64,000 nt of DNA, from assembly GCA_964016885.1 (NCBI GenBank), contig OZ024760.1, positions 29,078,001 through 29,142,000 of the forward strand, written 5' to 3'. Below the pieces are notes generated by a model. The model did not search any database. It was not told the DNA's origin and saw only the letters and a list, made by a program, of their open reading frames with translations. Source of the DNA: Eledone cirrhosa (Eukaryota). How positions within the stretch are numbered: the first letter of the stretch is position 1; each line of letters begins with the position of its first letter. A program made the position numbers and the translations under genes. Shown here piece after piece: positions 12,530-27,971 of the stretch.

Positions 12530-12692
12530 TCATCACCATTTAACGTCTACTTTTCCATGCTGGCATGGGTTAGACGAGTTATCCTGTTGTGAGCAATGCC
12601 AGGTCAGGTGACCATAGCATTGCTCATTCAGAACCTATTTTGGCCTGGTTTCTACAGCTGGATGCCCTTCCTTACACCAACCTCATTTACAG
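12530..12692 (-). mobile_element. RTE/SINE 3' tail
   Basis: Shared tail motif. Confidence 0.75.
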
Positions 12693-12974
12693 TTATCTCC
12701 TTATAATATATAACCAGCAATTTCTCTGTCTGTCTGTCCGACAGTGGAAACACGTGCGCGCGTGGTTGCTATCTCTCTCTCTCTCCAGCTATCCCTCTCT
12801 TTTAGTCTGTCTGTTTTTCTCACTCTCACTCTTTCTCTTTGTAACACACTAACATTCCTCCCCTCTATCGCTGTGACGAATGGGGAGATGGAGGAGGAGG
12901 AGAGAGTCACTTCGTTACTTCACCTCTGCCTTGCTTTCTCTCCCCTCTCACTCCCTCATTACGTACAGACATTA

Positions 12975-13170
12975 GGGCGGTGGATTGGCAGAATCTGTAG
13001 AGAGTCGGACACCATGCTTCATAGCATGGAGTTACGTCCCTTTACGGTCTGAGTTCAAATACCGCCGAGGTTAACTTTGCCTTTCATCCTCCCGGGATCG
13101 ATAAAATAAAGTACCAGTAATGTACTGGGTAATTGCTGGCCTTGTGCCAAAAGTAGAAACAATTATTAGA
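12975..13170 (+). mobile_element. tRNA-derived SINE (family S1), near full length
   Basis: A-box TGGCAGAATCTG, B-box GAGTTCAAATACC, conserved body. Confidence 0.85.
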
Positions 13171-13896
13171 AACATTGTTTCATTTTTACATATCTAAGCA
13201 TTAGTAAAATAACTAATAATTTCAAAAGTAATTTTTCAATTCCAATTGTTATGAACAGCAAAACATTAATAATAATTTTGTTCTAAGAAATATATATTTC
13301 TGTGTGTGTAATATATATATACACACACAGAAATATATATACATTTCTGTGTGTGTAATATATATATATATATATACACACACAGAAATATATGGGCATT
13401 TCTCTGTTTGTCTGTCTGTCTGTCTGTCCTTCCCTAAAACTCAAATGTAGGTGCTACAGAAATATTACCTTCCCCTTCCTTTCTCCACTTTGGTACTACC
13501 AAGAGAAACACTGTCGCTATAGAAACATTACCTTGCCCTCTCCACTGACTTTGGTCACTGAGGCCGAGGGAATCGCTGGTTGCTATAGAGACACCTTGCA
13601 CAAGCCAGAAGTAACCAGTTCGAGGCAGTTCTGACTTGACACCATGCCAAGGACCATTTGAAGATATATTTCCATCGTTATATCATAACGTTTATGTATC
13701 ATAACGTTTATATTTCCGTCACTAATCTCTTTTTCTCCTTTTTTGTTTTAACATATATTTATTTCAAAGATTTCACCGTATAGATAACATATATATTTAT
13801 ACATGCATAAAAGACACACCGAGAGACGGTGAACATGTGGTGCCGAAAACATTTCTCATCCAAATCTCAACAATATCAGTATATACACTAGATTTG

Positions 13897-14130
13897 CTAG
13901 CAGAAAACCGCCCACCGAGTGGTTTTCTGCTAGTCTATATATATAAAACTGACGATGTCTGTCTGTGTGTGTGAGTTTGAATCCCTAAAACTAGAGAAGC
14001 ACCAAACCAACTTTTTTCAAACTTTACACTTGTAATACTTATGTTTCAGGGAGTGTTCTGAGCAAAACAAATTTCAAATTGTCAATGCCCCAAGGACCAC
14101 ATTAGGCGATTTAGCAATCCCTCTCTGTAA
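13897..14130 (+). mobile_element. Helitron-like 3' end (hairpin-CTAG) joined to a 5' end (TCTATATATATAAAA..GTCTGTCTGT)
   Basis: CTAG|TC junction at 13933/13934. Confidence 0.5.
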
Positions 14131-14199
14131 TTCTTAGTCTTTCTCTTTTTAGATAGATACATACATATAATGTCGCGCCCTTATAATATATGTCTGTAT

Positions 14200-14545
14200 G
14201 TCTGGCCCTTCCTAACACCAACCTCATTTACAATGAGTGCTGGGTGCTTTTTTGCTGTGGCACCTACACGTCCACTTTACAGTGTGGGCTGGGTGCTTTT
14301 TTGCTGTGGCACCTCCACGACCACTTTACAGTGTGGGCTGGGTGCTTTTTTGCCGTGGCACCTCTACGACCACTTTGCAGTGGAATGATATGGACCCCAG
14401 TCCTTATCATCTCATTTCTACAGCTGAGTAAACTGGAGCATTGTGAAATAAAGTGTCTTGCTCAAGGAAACAACACATCTCCCAGTCTGAGAATTGAACT
14501 CACAACCTTTCGATTGCAAGCCCAATGCTCTAAGCACTAAGCCAT
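14200..14545 (-). mobile_element. tRNA-derived SINE with CORE-like body and RTE-type tail (family S2)
   Basis: rc TGGCTTAGTG..GAGTTCAATTC, CCTTGAGCAAGACACTT; internal ~49-bp unit x3. Confidence 0.85.
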
Positions 14546-16119
14546 GTGTGTATATATATATACACTCACATGCACACATACAGACATATATATATACACA
14601 CACACACATGCACACACATATGAATATATATATATATATATATACGTATACAGGCACACACACATATATATACACACACATGTACATATGTATATATAGA
14701 CACACACACACAGGAACACAAGTACACAACAACAGCAATCCACTTGAGATGTGTCATATTTTAGACAACAGTGATGTATTGATAACATTAAATTACTGTT
14801 AAATAGCAGCCTTGTGTGTAGTACTGTGGGGTCACTTGGTGCAGTACACCTCTCATGTACTATATACCTGAACACACACACACACATACAAACACATACA
14901 CACACACACTTGCACATATACATATACATACATGCCAGCACACATCACACATGCTCACACATACACACACACATATAAAACACACACATATACCCACATA
15001 CATAGAAACACACGCACACACATAGAAAAACACATACACACACACATACACACACACTCATATGTGCTACATGCCAGCACTATTCAAACATACAACACCC
15101 ACACACACGCGCACTCATCATCCACACCACCTACACAACATACTACACACACACACACACCCTATACACACTAGACACTACATAAAGAACCATTACAGCC
15201 CACTCTCACACACCACACACACCACACACCACCATTACACCCCCCCACACACCGCACAGCCCCCCACACCATACACACCCCACGCACACACCCCACAGCC
15301 CCACCCCACACACCACACACTACACACACCCACACAGCCCCCACCCCCACTCACACCACCATTACAGCCCTCATTTCTCAATATCTCAGAGCAGTGTTCA
15401 TGTCCTTTGTAAAACTCTACACCACACTACAGAGAATCATTACAGCCCACTCTAATCCCCCCATTACACCCCCCACACACACACCACTCACAGCCCCCCA
15501 CACACACATACGCACACACCACAACACCATTACAGCCCTTCATTTCTCAATGTCTTAGAGCAGTGTTCATGTCCTTTGTAAAACTCTACACAGTCACAGT
15601 TACCATTATCTGACATTTGCCTGCAACTCTGAAGCTTTCATGCATGACATAATTCATTTAAAATTTTAGTTCCTGAAGACTAAAATATTTTCTAAAGATG
15701 CCCCCCCCCCCCCTCTCTCTCTCTCTCCAATTCAGCAGCATTACTTTGAACAGGAACAATTTCGGTTAAGAATTCTTACATTTTCTGAGAAAAACACTGT
15801 TCTATTTTTAAATTTTGCTTTTAAAAATATTTTTAAAATAATAATTTTCAATACTGATTTGAAAAAGAAATCACTTCTTCATGATGATGATGGTTGTTGT
15901 ACGTCTGTTTTTTCCATGCTTGCATGGGTTGGACGGGTCTTTTCCAGCACAGTATCTCTCCACTCATTGGGGTCTTTCCTCTCCGTGAGAGTTATTTGAG
16001 ATCATCCCTCACAATTCTCACTCCCAGGTCTTCCTTCGTCTCCTTCTACGGTAGTTTCCTTCATTGTGGTTTCTTTCTTGGCACCTTCAACCAATGATAA
16101 TCACACATCATTGATGCTT

Positions 16120-16377
16120 ATAATAATAAGGATAATGAAAATCATTGTGTACAGTGCTCAGGTGCACTATAACTCATCAAAGCTGCATGTATAGTACATG
16201 GAATAATGTACAAATGTCAGGAAAGTGAACAGTGTATGAGTCATGAAATACATGTGTGCGTGTGTATGGAGAGGGAATAGCAGGTGTAGTGTTGGCGAAT
16301 CTCAGGAAGCATGGAGATTTTAAAGGATACAGTGTCTCGAAAGCTAACAACTGATGCAGGTAGTTTGTTCCATGCTT
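16120..16377 (-). mobile_element. CR1 LINE 3' end
   Basis: Matches 55560-55780. Confidence 0.85.
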
Positions 16378-16447
16378 ATATATATGTGTGTATATATATA
16401 TATCAATGATATTAATAAATGGAAACTATATTTATAAAACCATATTT

Positions 16448-16505
16448 ATTCTATTATATATATTTCAAGGGTACCAAAACTTTGGCACGCCTCATCAGAT
16501 AAAAT
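16448..16505 (-). ncRNA. Family A hammerhead motif (solo arm 16404-16540)
   Basis: rc ATTTTAT-CTGATGA-GGCGTGCCAA..TTGGTACCCTT-GAAA-TATATA-TA-ATAGAAT. Confidence 0.7.
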
Positions 16506-16671
16506 ACAAAGTTTGTTTTATAAATATTGACATATCCAGGAATGAGATCTTAACAGTTCAAGTTTTACCTGGACATATATATATATATGTATATCAGATA
16601 TCATTATCTATAAAAAGTACCAGTAATGCACTGGGTAATTGCTGGCCTTGTGCCTAAAGTAGAAACAATTA

Positions 16672-17730
16672 TCTATAAAAGGCAGATTGTTGTTGCGTGT
16701 GTGTGTATGTGCATGTTCCATGTTTATACATTTGCACAATTTCAAACCGATTCGACTCAAAGTCTGTAAGAATGTTGTAAATGGTCTAACTTAGGTCAAC
16801 GACTATTTATTTCATTCAAACTCACCCACAATTACGGAAATAATCGATAAAACTAAATACATGATGCTTTATCCCTCTAATACAATCTGATTTCCTCTCT
16901 CTACTCCCCTTAAAATTCGATAAAACTACATACATGCTGCAACTTTCTCTTATATATGCTTAAACTTACAAACTTCCTGTAGGAATGCTGAAGAAAGAAG
17001 AGAGAAAGAAATAGAGAGAGAGAAGAGAGTGAGAGAGAGAACGTTTGTTTTTGAGTGTGGAACGGTCAAATATTTATTTACTTCAATGACAATGAAGAGA
17101 ACTTATTACATTTCATATGAAACAACAATTATTCAAAAGCAACAGATAAATTTATTCAACAACAAAAACAAATAGCGAAAAATCTTTTTTAAAACATCTC
17201 TCAACAAACGTGGAAGAAAGAAGTATCAGTTCATTTACTATACACAATAATATCCTCTATGAGGTCACTAAACCTGCTAGAAAAAGCAGCTAACTCTCCC
17301 CCATATCACACCACTACCTACTGTCTTAAATTTAGAAAACATATCCTCTATGAGGTCACTAAACCTGCTAGAAACAGCAGCTAACTCTCCCCCATATCAC
17401 ACCCCTCCCTACTGTCTTAAATTTAGAAAACACACATTAGACAACCATGCAGAACAACTCCATCGCAGCTCTGTTGTTCGGCTGGCATCGTCTACGCGCA
17501 TGTTGCACAAGTACTGTGAAACAATAAATTTCAACACTTCTTTGCACAGAGATAATATCCATAGGTGAAACTACAATTGTCACTGCTGGCGCAGCTCCTG
17601 CTTCGGCAGTCCAGGTCTGCAATTCATTCACCCTGTGCCTGGAAGACAAAAAAGTGCTGCCATAAAATGGGTGGTGCAACCTAACTTTGGTAACTTACTG
17701 ACCCCGAGCAACGCCGGGCTTTAATGCTAG
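16672..17730 (+). mobile_element. Non-autonomous Helitron
   Basis: 5' A|TCTATAAAA + (GT)n; 3' CCCGAGCAACGCCGGG hairpin then CTAG|T; internal 90-bp duplication 17251-17430. Confidence 0.7.
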
Positions 17731-17782
<52 letters not shown>

Positions 17783-17794
17783 CTTATGTATCTA

Positions 17795-17915
17795 TCTAGG
17801 GTGGGTAAAATTCCCGAGATCCATGGACGAGTTCTCTCCAGCGGTCTCTGTCCCTCATTATCGCTGCCATGTCCTGCGTCTCTAAGAGACCAGTGTGTCC
17901 ATGCAGGGGCTCCCA
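17795..17915 (-). mobile_element. RTE-like 3' end, same family as 60345-60687
   Basis: Sequence match to 60520-60687 with internal deletion. Confidence 0.75.
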
Positions 17916-18162
17916 CATATATATATATACACATACACGTATATCTAAGATGGTTCATGCTGGTGATATGTCAAGAAGTGCCCAGTCCAAACAGTAATGG
18001 GGTTAGGAAGGGCATCCATCCATAGAAACTTAGCCACATTACAGATCTGTATGAGCAAGATGTGATCTCTGAACCTGACTTGTCTCATAACATGACAACC
18101 AGTCTAACTCATACAAGCATGGAAAATGGCCATTAAATGATGACGATGATGATGATGATATA

Positions 18163-18193
<31 letters not shown>

Positions 18194-18386
18194 GTATATA
18201 TATATATAAGGTGTGTGTGTGTCTCTCTCTCTCTATATATATGTATATATATAATGTGTGTGTCTATATATATATATATGTGTATGTGTGTGTGTGTATG
18301 CATATTTAAGTATATATATAAATATACATATATATATACATATACATACATATATAGATACATACATGCATATATACATATATATA

Positions 18387-18783
18387 TACGAGGGCAATCC
18401 CAAAAGGTCTCCTTCCGATATTGCAACTTTTCCGTTAAAATCCTGTGGATGGTGCTTCGGGAAACCTCAGGAACCAAAATGCAGAGAGCACCCAGAGTGA
18501 TCCGCCGATCTTTACGCATGTTTTCCTTGGAAGGAGACCTTACTTTTGGGATTGCCCTCGTATACTATATACTGCGGGAAATTCACACTTGGCGGTAACG
18601 TTCATCGGGAGCTCCATTCTCAACGGTTGCCAAGCCAAGATTAAGCATCCCAGCGAAGCGCATGCATGCTTGTTTGGGAGTGAAGGAAGCACCAATCACA
18701 ACAGTGTTACCAACAGTCGTACAAACAGTTTCTCTGCATCCCCATCGCTTTGGAGACCTTACTTTTGGGATTACCCTCATACA
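18387..18783 (-). mobile_element. Mariner deletion derivative with three TIRs
   Basis: TA-CGAGGGCAATCCCAAAAG; GGAGACCTTACTTTTGGGATT.CCCTC.TA at about 18533-18562 and 18752-18782; HTH remnant DRRITLGALCILVPEVSRSTIHRILTEKLQYRK. Confidence 0.8.
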
Positions 18784-19154
18784 TACATAACCATAGGATA
18801 TTGGACATTAAAATTATGGTGTTTATAATATAAATTATGATAAAATTTATTCCCATCCTTGCTATTCTTTTCATCCTTTGATGAAGGTCTTTTTACTCAA
18901 AATATTGGCTATTTCTCCTGTATAGTCCACAACACATTCAGTATTAGCATATTAAAGAAATGAATCATGTTATTCTAGAAACTGCCAAATAATCTCCTTA
19001 AATTCTTTTATGATTTTATTTCATTAGAAATTTTTCAAAGATTTTTTCATGATTTTATTTCATATTTTAAATTCTTTCTCTGAGTTTTTATTAGGTCTAT
19101 CATTATATTCCATAGCTTGATAGTTTAACGGAATAACTTATTATACAGTATCTT

Positions 19155-19865
19155 CATTATTATTATTGTTATTGTTACTACTACTACTACTATTGCTGCT
19201 GCTACTACTACTACTACTACTGCTGCTACTACTACTACTACTGCTGCTACTACTACTACTACTGCTGCTGCTACTACTACTATTGCTGCTAATACTACTA
19301 CTACTACTGCTACTACTCCTGCTGCTGCTACTACTGCTACTACTACTACTACTACTACCACCTACTATTACTACTACTATCACCGCCACCCACTACTACT
19401 ACTACCACCCCCACCACTACTAATACCACCACCACTACTACTGCTACCACCACTACTACTACTGTTACCACCACTACTACTACCACCACTACTGCTACCA
19501 CCACTACCACCACTACTGCTACCACCACTACTACCACCACCACCACTACTGCTACCACCACCACCACTACTGCTACCACCACCACCACTACTACCACCAC
19601 CACTACTACCACCACCACCACTACTACCACCACCACCACTACTGCTACCACCACTACTATTACCACCACCACCACCACCACCACCACTACTACTACCACC
19701 ATCACCACTACTACCACCACTACTGCTACCACCACTACTACTACCACGACCACCACCACCACTACTACCACCACCACTACTACTGCTACCACCACTACTA
19801 CTACCACTATTACTACCACTACTACTGCTACCACCACTACTACCACCACCATCACTACTACTACT
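19155..19865. repeat. (TAC/TGC/CAC)n microsatellite
   Basis: Direct inspection. Confidence 0.9.
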
Positions 19866-19989
19866 TCTATTGATTGTTTTCCCTATTTTTTTATAATCTA
19901 TATTTTCTTATATCCCTCCCTGCCATCTTCGTAATGTATTGTCCCCCTTTAGCTAGTAATCTCCTCACAAATAAAAGAAATCCTTAACA

Positions 19990-20120
19990 GCCCTTTACAT
20001 TCTGTGTTCAAATTCCGCTGAGGTTAACTTTGCCTTTCATCCTTACGGGGTTGATAAAATAAAGTACCAGTAATGTACTGGGGTAATTGCTGGCCTTGTG
20101 CCAAAAGTAGAAACAATTGT
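19990..20120 (+). mobile_element. SINE S1 3' part
   Basis: B-box and conserved body. Confidence 0.8.
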
Positions 20121-20559
20121 TGTTTTCTACCATGAAAAAATATATACATATAAAAAAGAAGGAAATATTCCACATTTTATCTTTTCTGTTGAAAGAGCAA
20201 AGAAACTAAATATAGTTAGTTGTTGTTTTTATTTTAGTTTCTCACACATAAAACTTGGTTTTTATGACATAGAAATCAAAAACCTCTGTTGTTGTTGTTG
20301 TTGTTGTCGTCGTTGTTGTTGTTGCTGTTGTTGTTGTTGCTGCTGCTGTTGTTGTTGTCGTCGTTGTCGCTGTCGCTGTTGTTGTTGCTGCTGCTGCTGT
20401 TGTTGTTGTTGTTGTTGTTGCTGTTGTTGTTGTTGTCGTGTTTTTAAAGTGCAGGACAATATTCTATTTGAATATCCATATAGAAAATATTGTTATTGAA
20501 TATTATTTGAAAAAAACAAGGATTGATGGATGCAGTGAAATATATTCTTTTATCCTCTT

Positions 20560-20800
20560 CATCATCATCATCATCATCATCATCTTCACCATAAACAACA
20601 TCATCATCATCATCATCATCATCATCACCACCATCATCACCATCAGCATCACCACCACCATCATCATCATCTTCACCATAAACATCATCATCATCATCAC
20701 CATCACCATCACCATCACCATCAGCATCACCACCATCATCATCACCACCATCATCACCATCATCAGCATCACCACTGTCACCATCATCATCACTGTCACC

Positions 20801-20832
<32 letters not shown>

Positions 20833-21250
20833 CAGCATCACCACCATCACCACCATCACCACCTTCATCATCATCAGCATCACCACTGTCACCATCATCA
20901 TCATCACCTTCATCACCATCAGCATCACCACCATCACCACCATCACCACCTTCATCACCATCAGCATCACCACCATCACCACCATCACCACCTTCATCAC
21001 CATCAGCATCACCACCATCATCATCATCTTCACCATAAACAACATCATCATCATCATCATCATCACCCGGCAGCCTCAGCCGAAATCCACTCAACAATTG
21101 ATCTCCACGTGGGTCTGTCGTTCATTGCCGTTGCCAAGTCCTGGATTTCAATACCAGAAGCTCTGGAGATGACATCGGGATAGGAGAGCTTCCCCCCTCC
21201 TTCTTATTACAGCTAGGACATGCTAGGGCACCGCCTTGAATTTCTCAATC
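20560..21250 (-). mobile_element. RTE-like 3' end with an expanded (GAT/GGT)n tail
   Basis: rc 21066-21200 translates GKLSYPDVISRASGIEIQDLATAMNDRPTWRSIVEWISAEAAG*, then ~500 bp of (TGA)n-derived repeat. Confidence 0.7.
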
Positions 21251-21327
21251 ATATTGCTTTCAGTTTTACTTTTTTAAATTTATTACTTATTTTATTGAAC
21301 TGTTTCTTTGTTATTGGACTGCTGTTA

Positions 21328-21364
<37 letters not shown>

Positions 21365-21369
<5 letters not shown>

Positions 21370-22270
21370 TTGACATAAACATACACACATACACTTGACA
21401 TAAACATACACACACATACACACATACACTTGACATAAACATACACACACATACACACATACACTTGACATAAACACACACATACACTTGACATAAACAC
21501 ACACACATACACTTGACATAAACACACACATATACTTGACATAAACACACACACATATACTTAACATAAACACACACACATACACTTGACATAAACACAC
21601 ACATATACTTGACATAAACACACACACATATACTTAACATAAACACACACACATACACTTGACATAAACACACACATATACTTAACATAAACATACACAT
21701 ATACACTAGACATAAACATACACACACATACACACATACACACATACACTTGACATAAACACACACACATACACTTGACATAAACATGCACACATATACA
21801 CTTGACATAAACACACACATATACACTTGACATAAACACACACACATACACTTGACATAAACACACACACATATACTTGACATAAACACACACATATACA
21901 CTTGACATAAACACACACACACACACTTGACATAAACACATACACACACACTTGACATAAACACACACACATACACTTGACATAAACACACACACATACA
22001 CTTGACATAAACACACACATATACATTTGACATAAACACACACATATACTTGACATAAACACACAAACATACACTTGACATAAACACACACACATATACT
22101 TGACATAAACACACACACATATACTTGACATAAACACACATACACTTGACATAAACACACACACACACACACACTTGACATAAACACACACACATGCACT
22201 TGACATAAACACACACACATACACTTGACATAAACACACACACATACACTTGACATAAACATGCACACAT
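21365..22270. repeat. Minisatellite ACTTGACATAAAC(AC)n
   Basis: More than 30 units of variable (AC) length. Confidence 0.95.
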
Positions 22271-22351
22271 ATAAACACACGCATGCATATATATGTATAT
22301 ATATATGCATATATATATATATTATATATATATATATTTATATATATATAT

Positions 22352-22880
22352 ATAATAATAATGAAATTATTGTGTACAGTGCTCAGGTGCACTACAACTC
22401 ATCAAAGGTGCATGTATAGTACATAGAATAATGTACAAATGTCAGGAAAATGAACAGTGTATGAGTCATAATATAATAATAATAACAATAATGAAATATT
22501 GTGTACAGTGCCCAGGTGCACCACAACTCATCAAAAAAGTGCATGTACAGTACATAGGGCAATGTACAAACATCAGTAAAATGAACAGTGCACGGGTCAT
22601 GATACACACATGTGTGCATGTGTATGGAAGGGGTACATCAGGTGTAGTTTTGGCATATTTCGGGAAGCATGAGTGTCTTAAAGGATGCAGTGTCTTGGCA
22701 GCTAACAACTGACGCAGACAGTTTGTTCCATGCTTCAGCAACTCTGAGCGTGAAAAAATGTCTACGAAAGTCATATATATATATAACCCCTCTATCTGAT
22801 GAGCGATCTAAACATATGTTAACATTGTCTAGGATCCTGAAACCTTTGGTAATGGAGTAGTTATATATTGTGTTGTTCAC
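22352..22880 (-). mobile_element. Tandem CR1 3' ends with ORF2 C-terminus
   Basis: DFRRHFFTLRVAEAWNKL matches the end of the 54369..55661 protein. Confidence 0.85.
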
Positions 22881-22958
22881 TTTCTAATTATATATATATC
22901 ATCATCATCATCGTTTAACGTACATCTTCCACGCATATTTATTAAAATAACAGATTAA

Positions 22959-23009
22959 AGTTTAAGCAAAGAATCGCTGCTTTCACCCTTAACAGGATCT
23001 TCTGAAACT
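22959..23009 (-). ncRNA. Family D hammerhead-like motif with variant core CAGAAGA
   Basis: rc AGTTT-CAGAAGA-TCCT..GGGT-GAAA-GCA..TGC-TT-AAACT. Confidence 0.6.
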
Positions 23010-23544
23010 AACAAAGTCAATCTGTGAACGCAGAAGTAAATATTTCAAAAAGCGTTGCAACCGGAGGAAGACAGGAAGACGATATTTTGGTTCGTGGAAA
23101 CGTTCCCTGGCAAAGAACGGGAAAAAACGAATATAATACGTCATTAATAGGAGCGGTGAAAAACAATTACACGCAAATACAAAACCAAAGAAGTGAGGTG
23201 GCATGACGTCACCTTGACTGCTGACGACACCTAAGACCAATGTTGTCGCTGGAAACTTTATCTGCATGACTCTGGGCACATCTTTGGATGAGACACCATT
23301 CTCCTGCTGACACTGAGAAAGTTTGAAATTTCCTTAGTTTTCCTGCCGGAGCGGATTCCATGAAGAACTCCGTGTCTCTTCCACAAATTTGGAGGTTCAA
23401 AATTATTCATAATCAATTATTCTGAAAATAAATAATGGAAATATAGTCACTGTTTTTATGAAGACAAGAGTGACAACGGAAGTAAAAAAAATTGCATAAA
23501 ATTAGCCGTTGAAAATTGCGAACAGATGTCGTCAGCACCCTGTA
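23010..23544 (-). mobile_element. Decayed Tc1/mariner (maT-like) transposon fragment
   Basis: FPATTLVLGVVSSQGDVMPPHFF; terminus CAGCACCCTG-TA. Confidence 0.7.
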
Positions 23545-24689
23545 GATATATATTTTATGGTAACAGAAGTCTGATGACCTTTTAATTCGAGAGTTGGGTC
23601 AGATCAATAGAGATTGAACCTTGAGCTGATCAATTGTGAAACACATGTCATACCTGAATAAACATAATGAAAATTTGACACCTTATCCTTTGCTAATTAT
23701 TATTATTACATTTTTTTAGAAGTTGTGATCGTGTTACAACTATCTCAGTTGTGGTAAGAATGGCAGACATGTTTCTGGATTGTTATCTGTCATCAGTGAC
23801 ATTTACTCACTCACACTGAGACAAAAATAGGTTGTTGCTAGAGATTCTCATTTGCATATAGTGCAAAGATGACTAATTATAGGTAATTAGAAGTGGCACT
23901 AAAGATACTATAAACATTTGAATGACCAAACATTAAAAGTTAACAACTTTACATACACAACATTGGGGAAATGACGCCATTATATTAAAACGGAAAGTCT
24001 TTAATTTAATATTACAAATTTTCACAATCTTTCTATTAATGAAATATTATAAACATTTAAATTAACAAACCCATTTTTAGATAATGTCTGCTAAATTGTT
24101 TCAGGATATTAAGAACTCATCCTATTTTAATTTAGTTAAAATATTCCGTGAAATATAAATTATTGTAAAGTTGTGATAGACTAATTGTGATGTTTTGGGA
24201 GGAACCTTTTAAATCTGTGAAGTAGAAGACTTCCCCACTGCATCTTCATCTCCCCTCCTCTCCATCAACTCTACAACCACGCCTCGCTTCCCACCTCCCT
24301 CTCTCTCCCTCTCTCTTCCCACCTCCCTCTCTCTCTCCCTCTTTATTCTCTCTCTCTCTCTCTTCCCCCTCTCTCTCTGTCTCTTCCCACCTCTCTCCCT
24401 CTCTGTCCCCCCCCCCACTCACAACAATTAACTTGTAATTGAACTTAATTTTTTCAATTAATCTCCCATTTGAAAAGATTACAGGGAGAACAACAGCACT
24501 GCTCTGTCTCTCTCCTCCTCCTGCTGCTGCTGCTACTACTGCTGCTACTACTACTTTCCCCACATCGCCATCATCAACGCACAGGAAACCTCTCCAACCA
24601 CCATCACTGTCACCACCACCACCACCACCATCAACACAACCACCACCACTGTCACCACCTCTATAATAAACACCATCATCAATACTGTT

Positions 24690-27600
24690 ACCACACCACC
24701 ACCACCAACACCACCAACACCACCATCAACATCACCACCACCACCACCACCACCACCAACACCACCACCACCATCAACATCACCACCACCAACACCAACA
24801 TCACCACCACCACCAACACCACCACCACCACCACCACCAACACCACCATCAACACCACCACCAACACCACCACCACCACCACCACCAACACCACCATCAA
24901 CATCACCACCACCAACACCACCAACACCACCATCAACATCACCACCACCACCAACACCACCACCACCAACACCACCACCACCACCACCACCAACACCACC
25001 ACCATCAACACCACCACCAACACCACCACCACCACCACCACCACCACCACCATCAACATCACCACCACCAACACCACCAACACCACCATCAACATCACCA
25101 CCAACACCACCACCGCCACCACCACCACCAACACCACCAACAACACCACCACCGCCACCACCAACACCACCAACAACACCACCACCAACACCACCACCAC
25201 CACCACCACCAACACCACCATCAACATCACCACCACCAACACCACCACCACCAACACCACCACCACCAACACCACCAACACCACCATCAACATCACCACC
25301 ACCAACACCACCACCAACACCACCATCAACATCACCACCACCAACACCACCAACACCAACACCACCACCACCAACACCACCATCAACATCACCACCACCA
25401 CCAACACCACCATCAACATCACCACCACCAACACCACCACAGCCAACACCACCACCACCAACATCACTACAGCCAACACCACCACCACCAACACCACCAT
25501 CAACATCACCACCACCAACACCACCACCACCAACACCAACACCACCAACACCACCATCAACATCACCACCACCAACACCACCACCACCAACACCACCACC
25601 AACACCACCATCAACATCACCACCACCAACACCACCACCAACACCAACACCACCAACACCAACACCACCAACACCACCATCAACATCACCACCACCAACA
25701 CCACCACCACCAACACCACCATCAACATCACCACCACCAACACCACCACCACCAACACCACCACCACCAACACCACCACCACCAACACCACCACCACCAA
25801 CACCACCACCACCAACACCACCACCACCAACACCACCATCAACATCATCACCACCAACAACACCACCACCACCAACACCACCACCACCAACATCAACACC
25901 ACCACCACCAACACCACCACCACCACCACCACCACCAACACCACCACCACCAACACCACCACCACCACCACCACCACCAACACCACCACCAACACCACCA
26001 CCAACAACACCACCATCAACAACACCACCATCAACAACACCACCATCAACATCACCACCACCAACACCACCACCACCAACACCACCACCACCAACACCAC
26101 CAACACCACCATCAACATCACCACCACCAACACCACCACCAACACCACCATCAACATCACCACCACCAACACCACCAACACCAACACCACCACCACCAAC
26201 ACCACCATCAACATCACCACCACCACCAACACCACCATCAACATCACCACCACCAACACCACCACAGCCAACACCACCACCACCAACATCACTACAGCCA
26301 ACACCACCACCACCAACACCAACACCACCAACACCACCATCAACATCACCACCACCAACACCACCACCACCAACACCACCACCAACACCACCATCAACAT
26401 CACCACCACCAACACCACCACCAACACCAACACCACCAACACCAACACCACCAACACCACCATCAACATCACCACCACCAACACCACCACCACCAACACC
26501 ACCATCAACATCACCACCACCAACACCACCACCACCAACACCACCACCACCAACACCACCACCACCAACACCACCACCACCAACACCACCACCACCAACA
26601 CCACCACCACCAACACCACCATCAACATCATCACCACCAACAACACCACCACCACCAACACCACCACCACCAACATCAACACCACCACCACCAACACCAC
26701 CACCACCACCAACACCACCACCACCAACACCACCACCACCACCACCACCACCAACACCACCACCAACACCACCACCAACAACACCACCATCAACAACACC
26801 ACCATCAACATCACCACCACCACCACCACCACCACCACCACCATCACCACCACCATCACCACCACCACCACCATCACCACCACCAACATCAACACCACCA
26901 ACACCACCACCACCAACAACACCACCATCAACATCACCACCACCAACACCACCACCACCAACACCACCACTACCAAAACCACCAACATCACCACCAGCAA
27001 CATCACCACCACCAACACCACCACCACCAACACCACCACCACCATCAACATCACCACCACCAACACCACCACCAACATCAACACCACCACCATCAACATC
27101 ACCACCACCAACACCACCACCACCATCAACACCACCAACATCAACACCACCAACATCAACACCACCACCACCAACACCACCACCAACAACACCACCACCA
27201 ACAACAACACCACCATCAACATGACCACCACCAACACCACCACCAACATCACCACCACCAACACCACCACCACCAACACCACCACCACCACCACCACCAA
27301 CACCACCACCACCAACACCACCACCAACAACACCACCACCATCAACATCACCACCACCAACACCACCACCACCAACACCACCACCACCATCAACATCACC
27401 ACCACCAACACCACCACCAACAACACCACCACCAACAACAACACCACCATCAACATGATCACCAACAACAACACCACCACCAACACCATCACCACCACCA
27501 ACATCACCACCACCAACATCACCACCACCAACATCACCACCACCAACACCACCACCACCAACACCACCACCACCAACACCACCACCAACAACACCATCAA

Positions 27601-27970
27601 CATCACCACCACCAACACCACCACCAACACCACCACCAACACTACCACCACCAACACCACCACCAACACCACCACCAACAACATCACCAACACCACCACC
27701 ACCACCAACACCACCAACAACATCACCACCACCACCACCAACACCACCAACACCACCACCACCAACACCACCAACAACATCACCACCACCACCACCAACA
27801 ACACCACCACCAACACCACCACCAACAACATCACCACCACCACCAACATCGCCACCACCAACACCACCAACATCACCACCACCAGCAACATCACCACCAC
27901 CACCACCAACACCACCACCACCAACACCAATATCACCACCACCACCAACACCAATATCACCACCACCACC
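24690..27970. repeat. 3.3-kb (CAC/CAA/CAT)n array with an internal ~0.8-kb duplication
   Basis: Marker ACAGCCAAC..CACTACAGCC at about 25440 and 26265; CATCATCACC at about 25843 and 26626. Confidence 0.9.
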
Positions 27971-27971
27971 A

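Noticed and set aside
23571-23602. CTGATGA followed by a weak hairpin
   Set aside because: No GAAA or helix III; not a hammerhead
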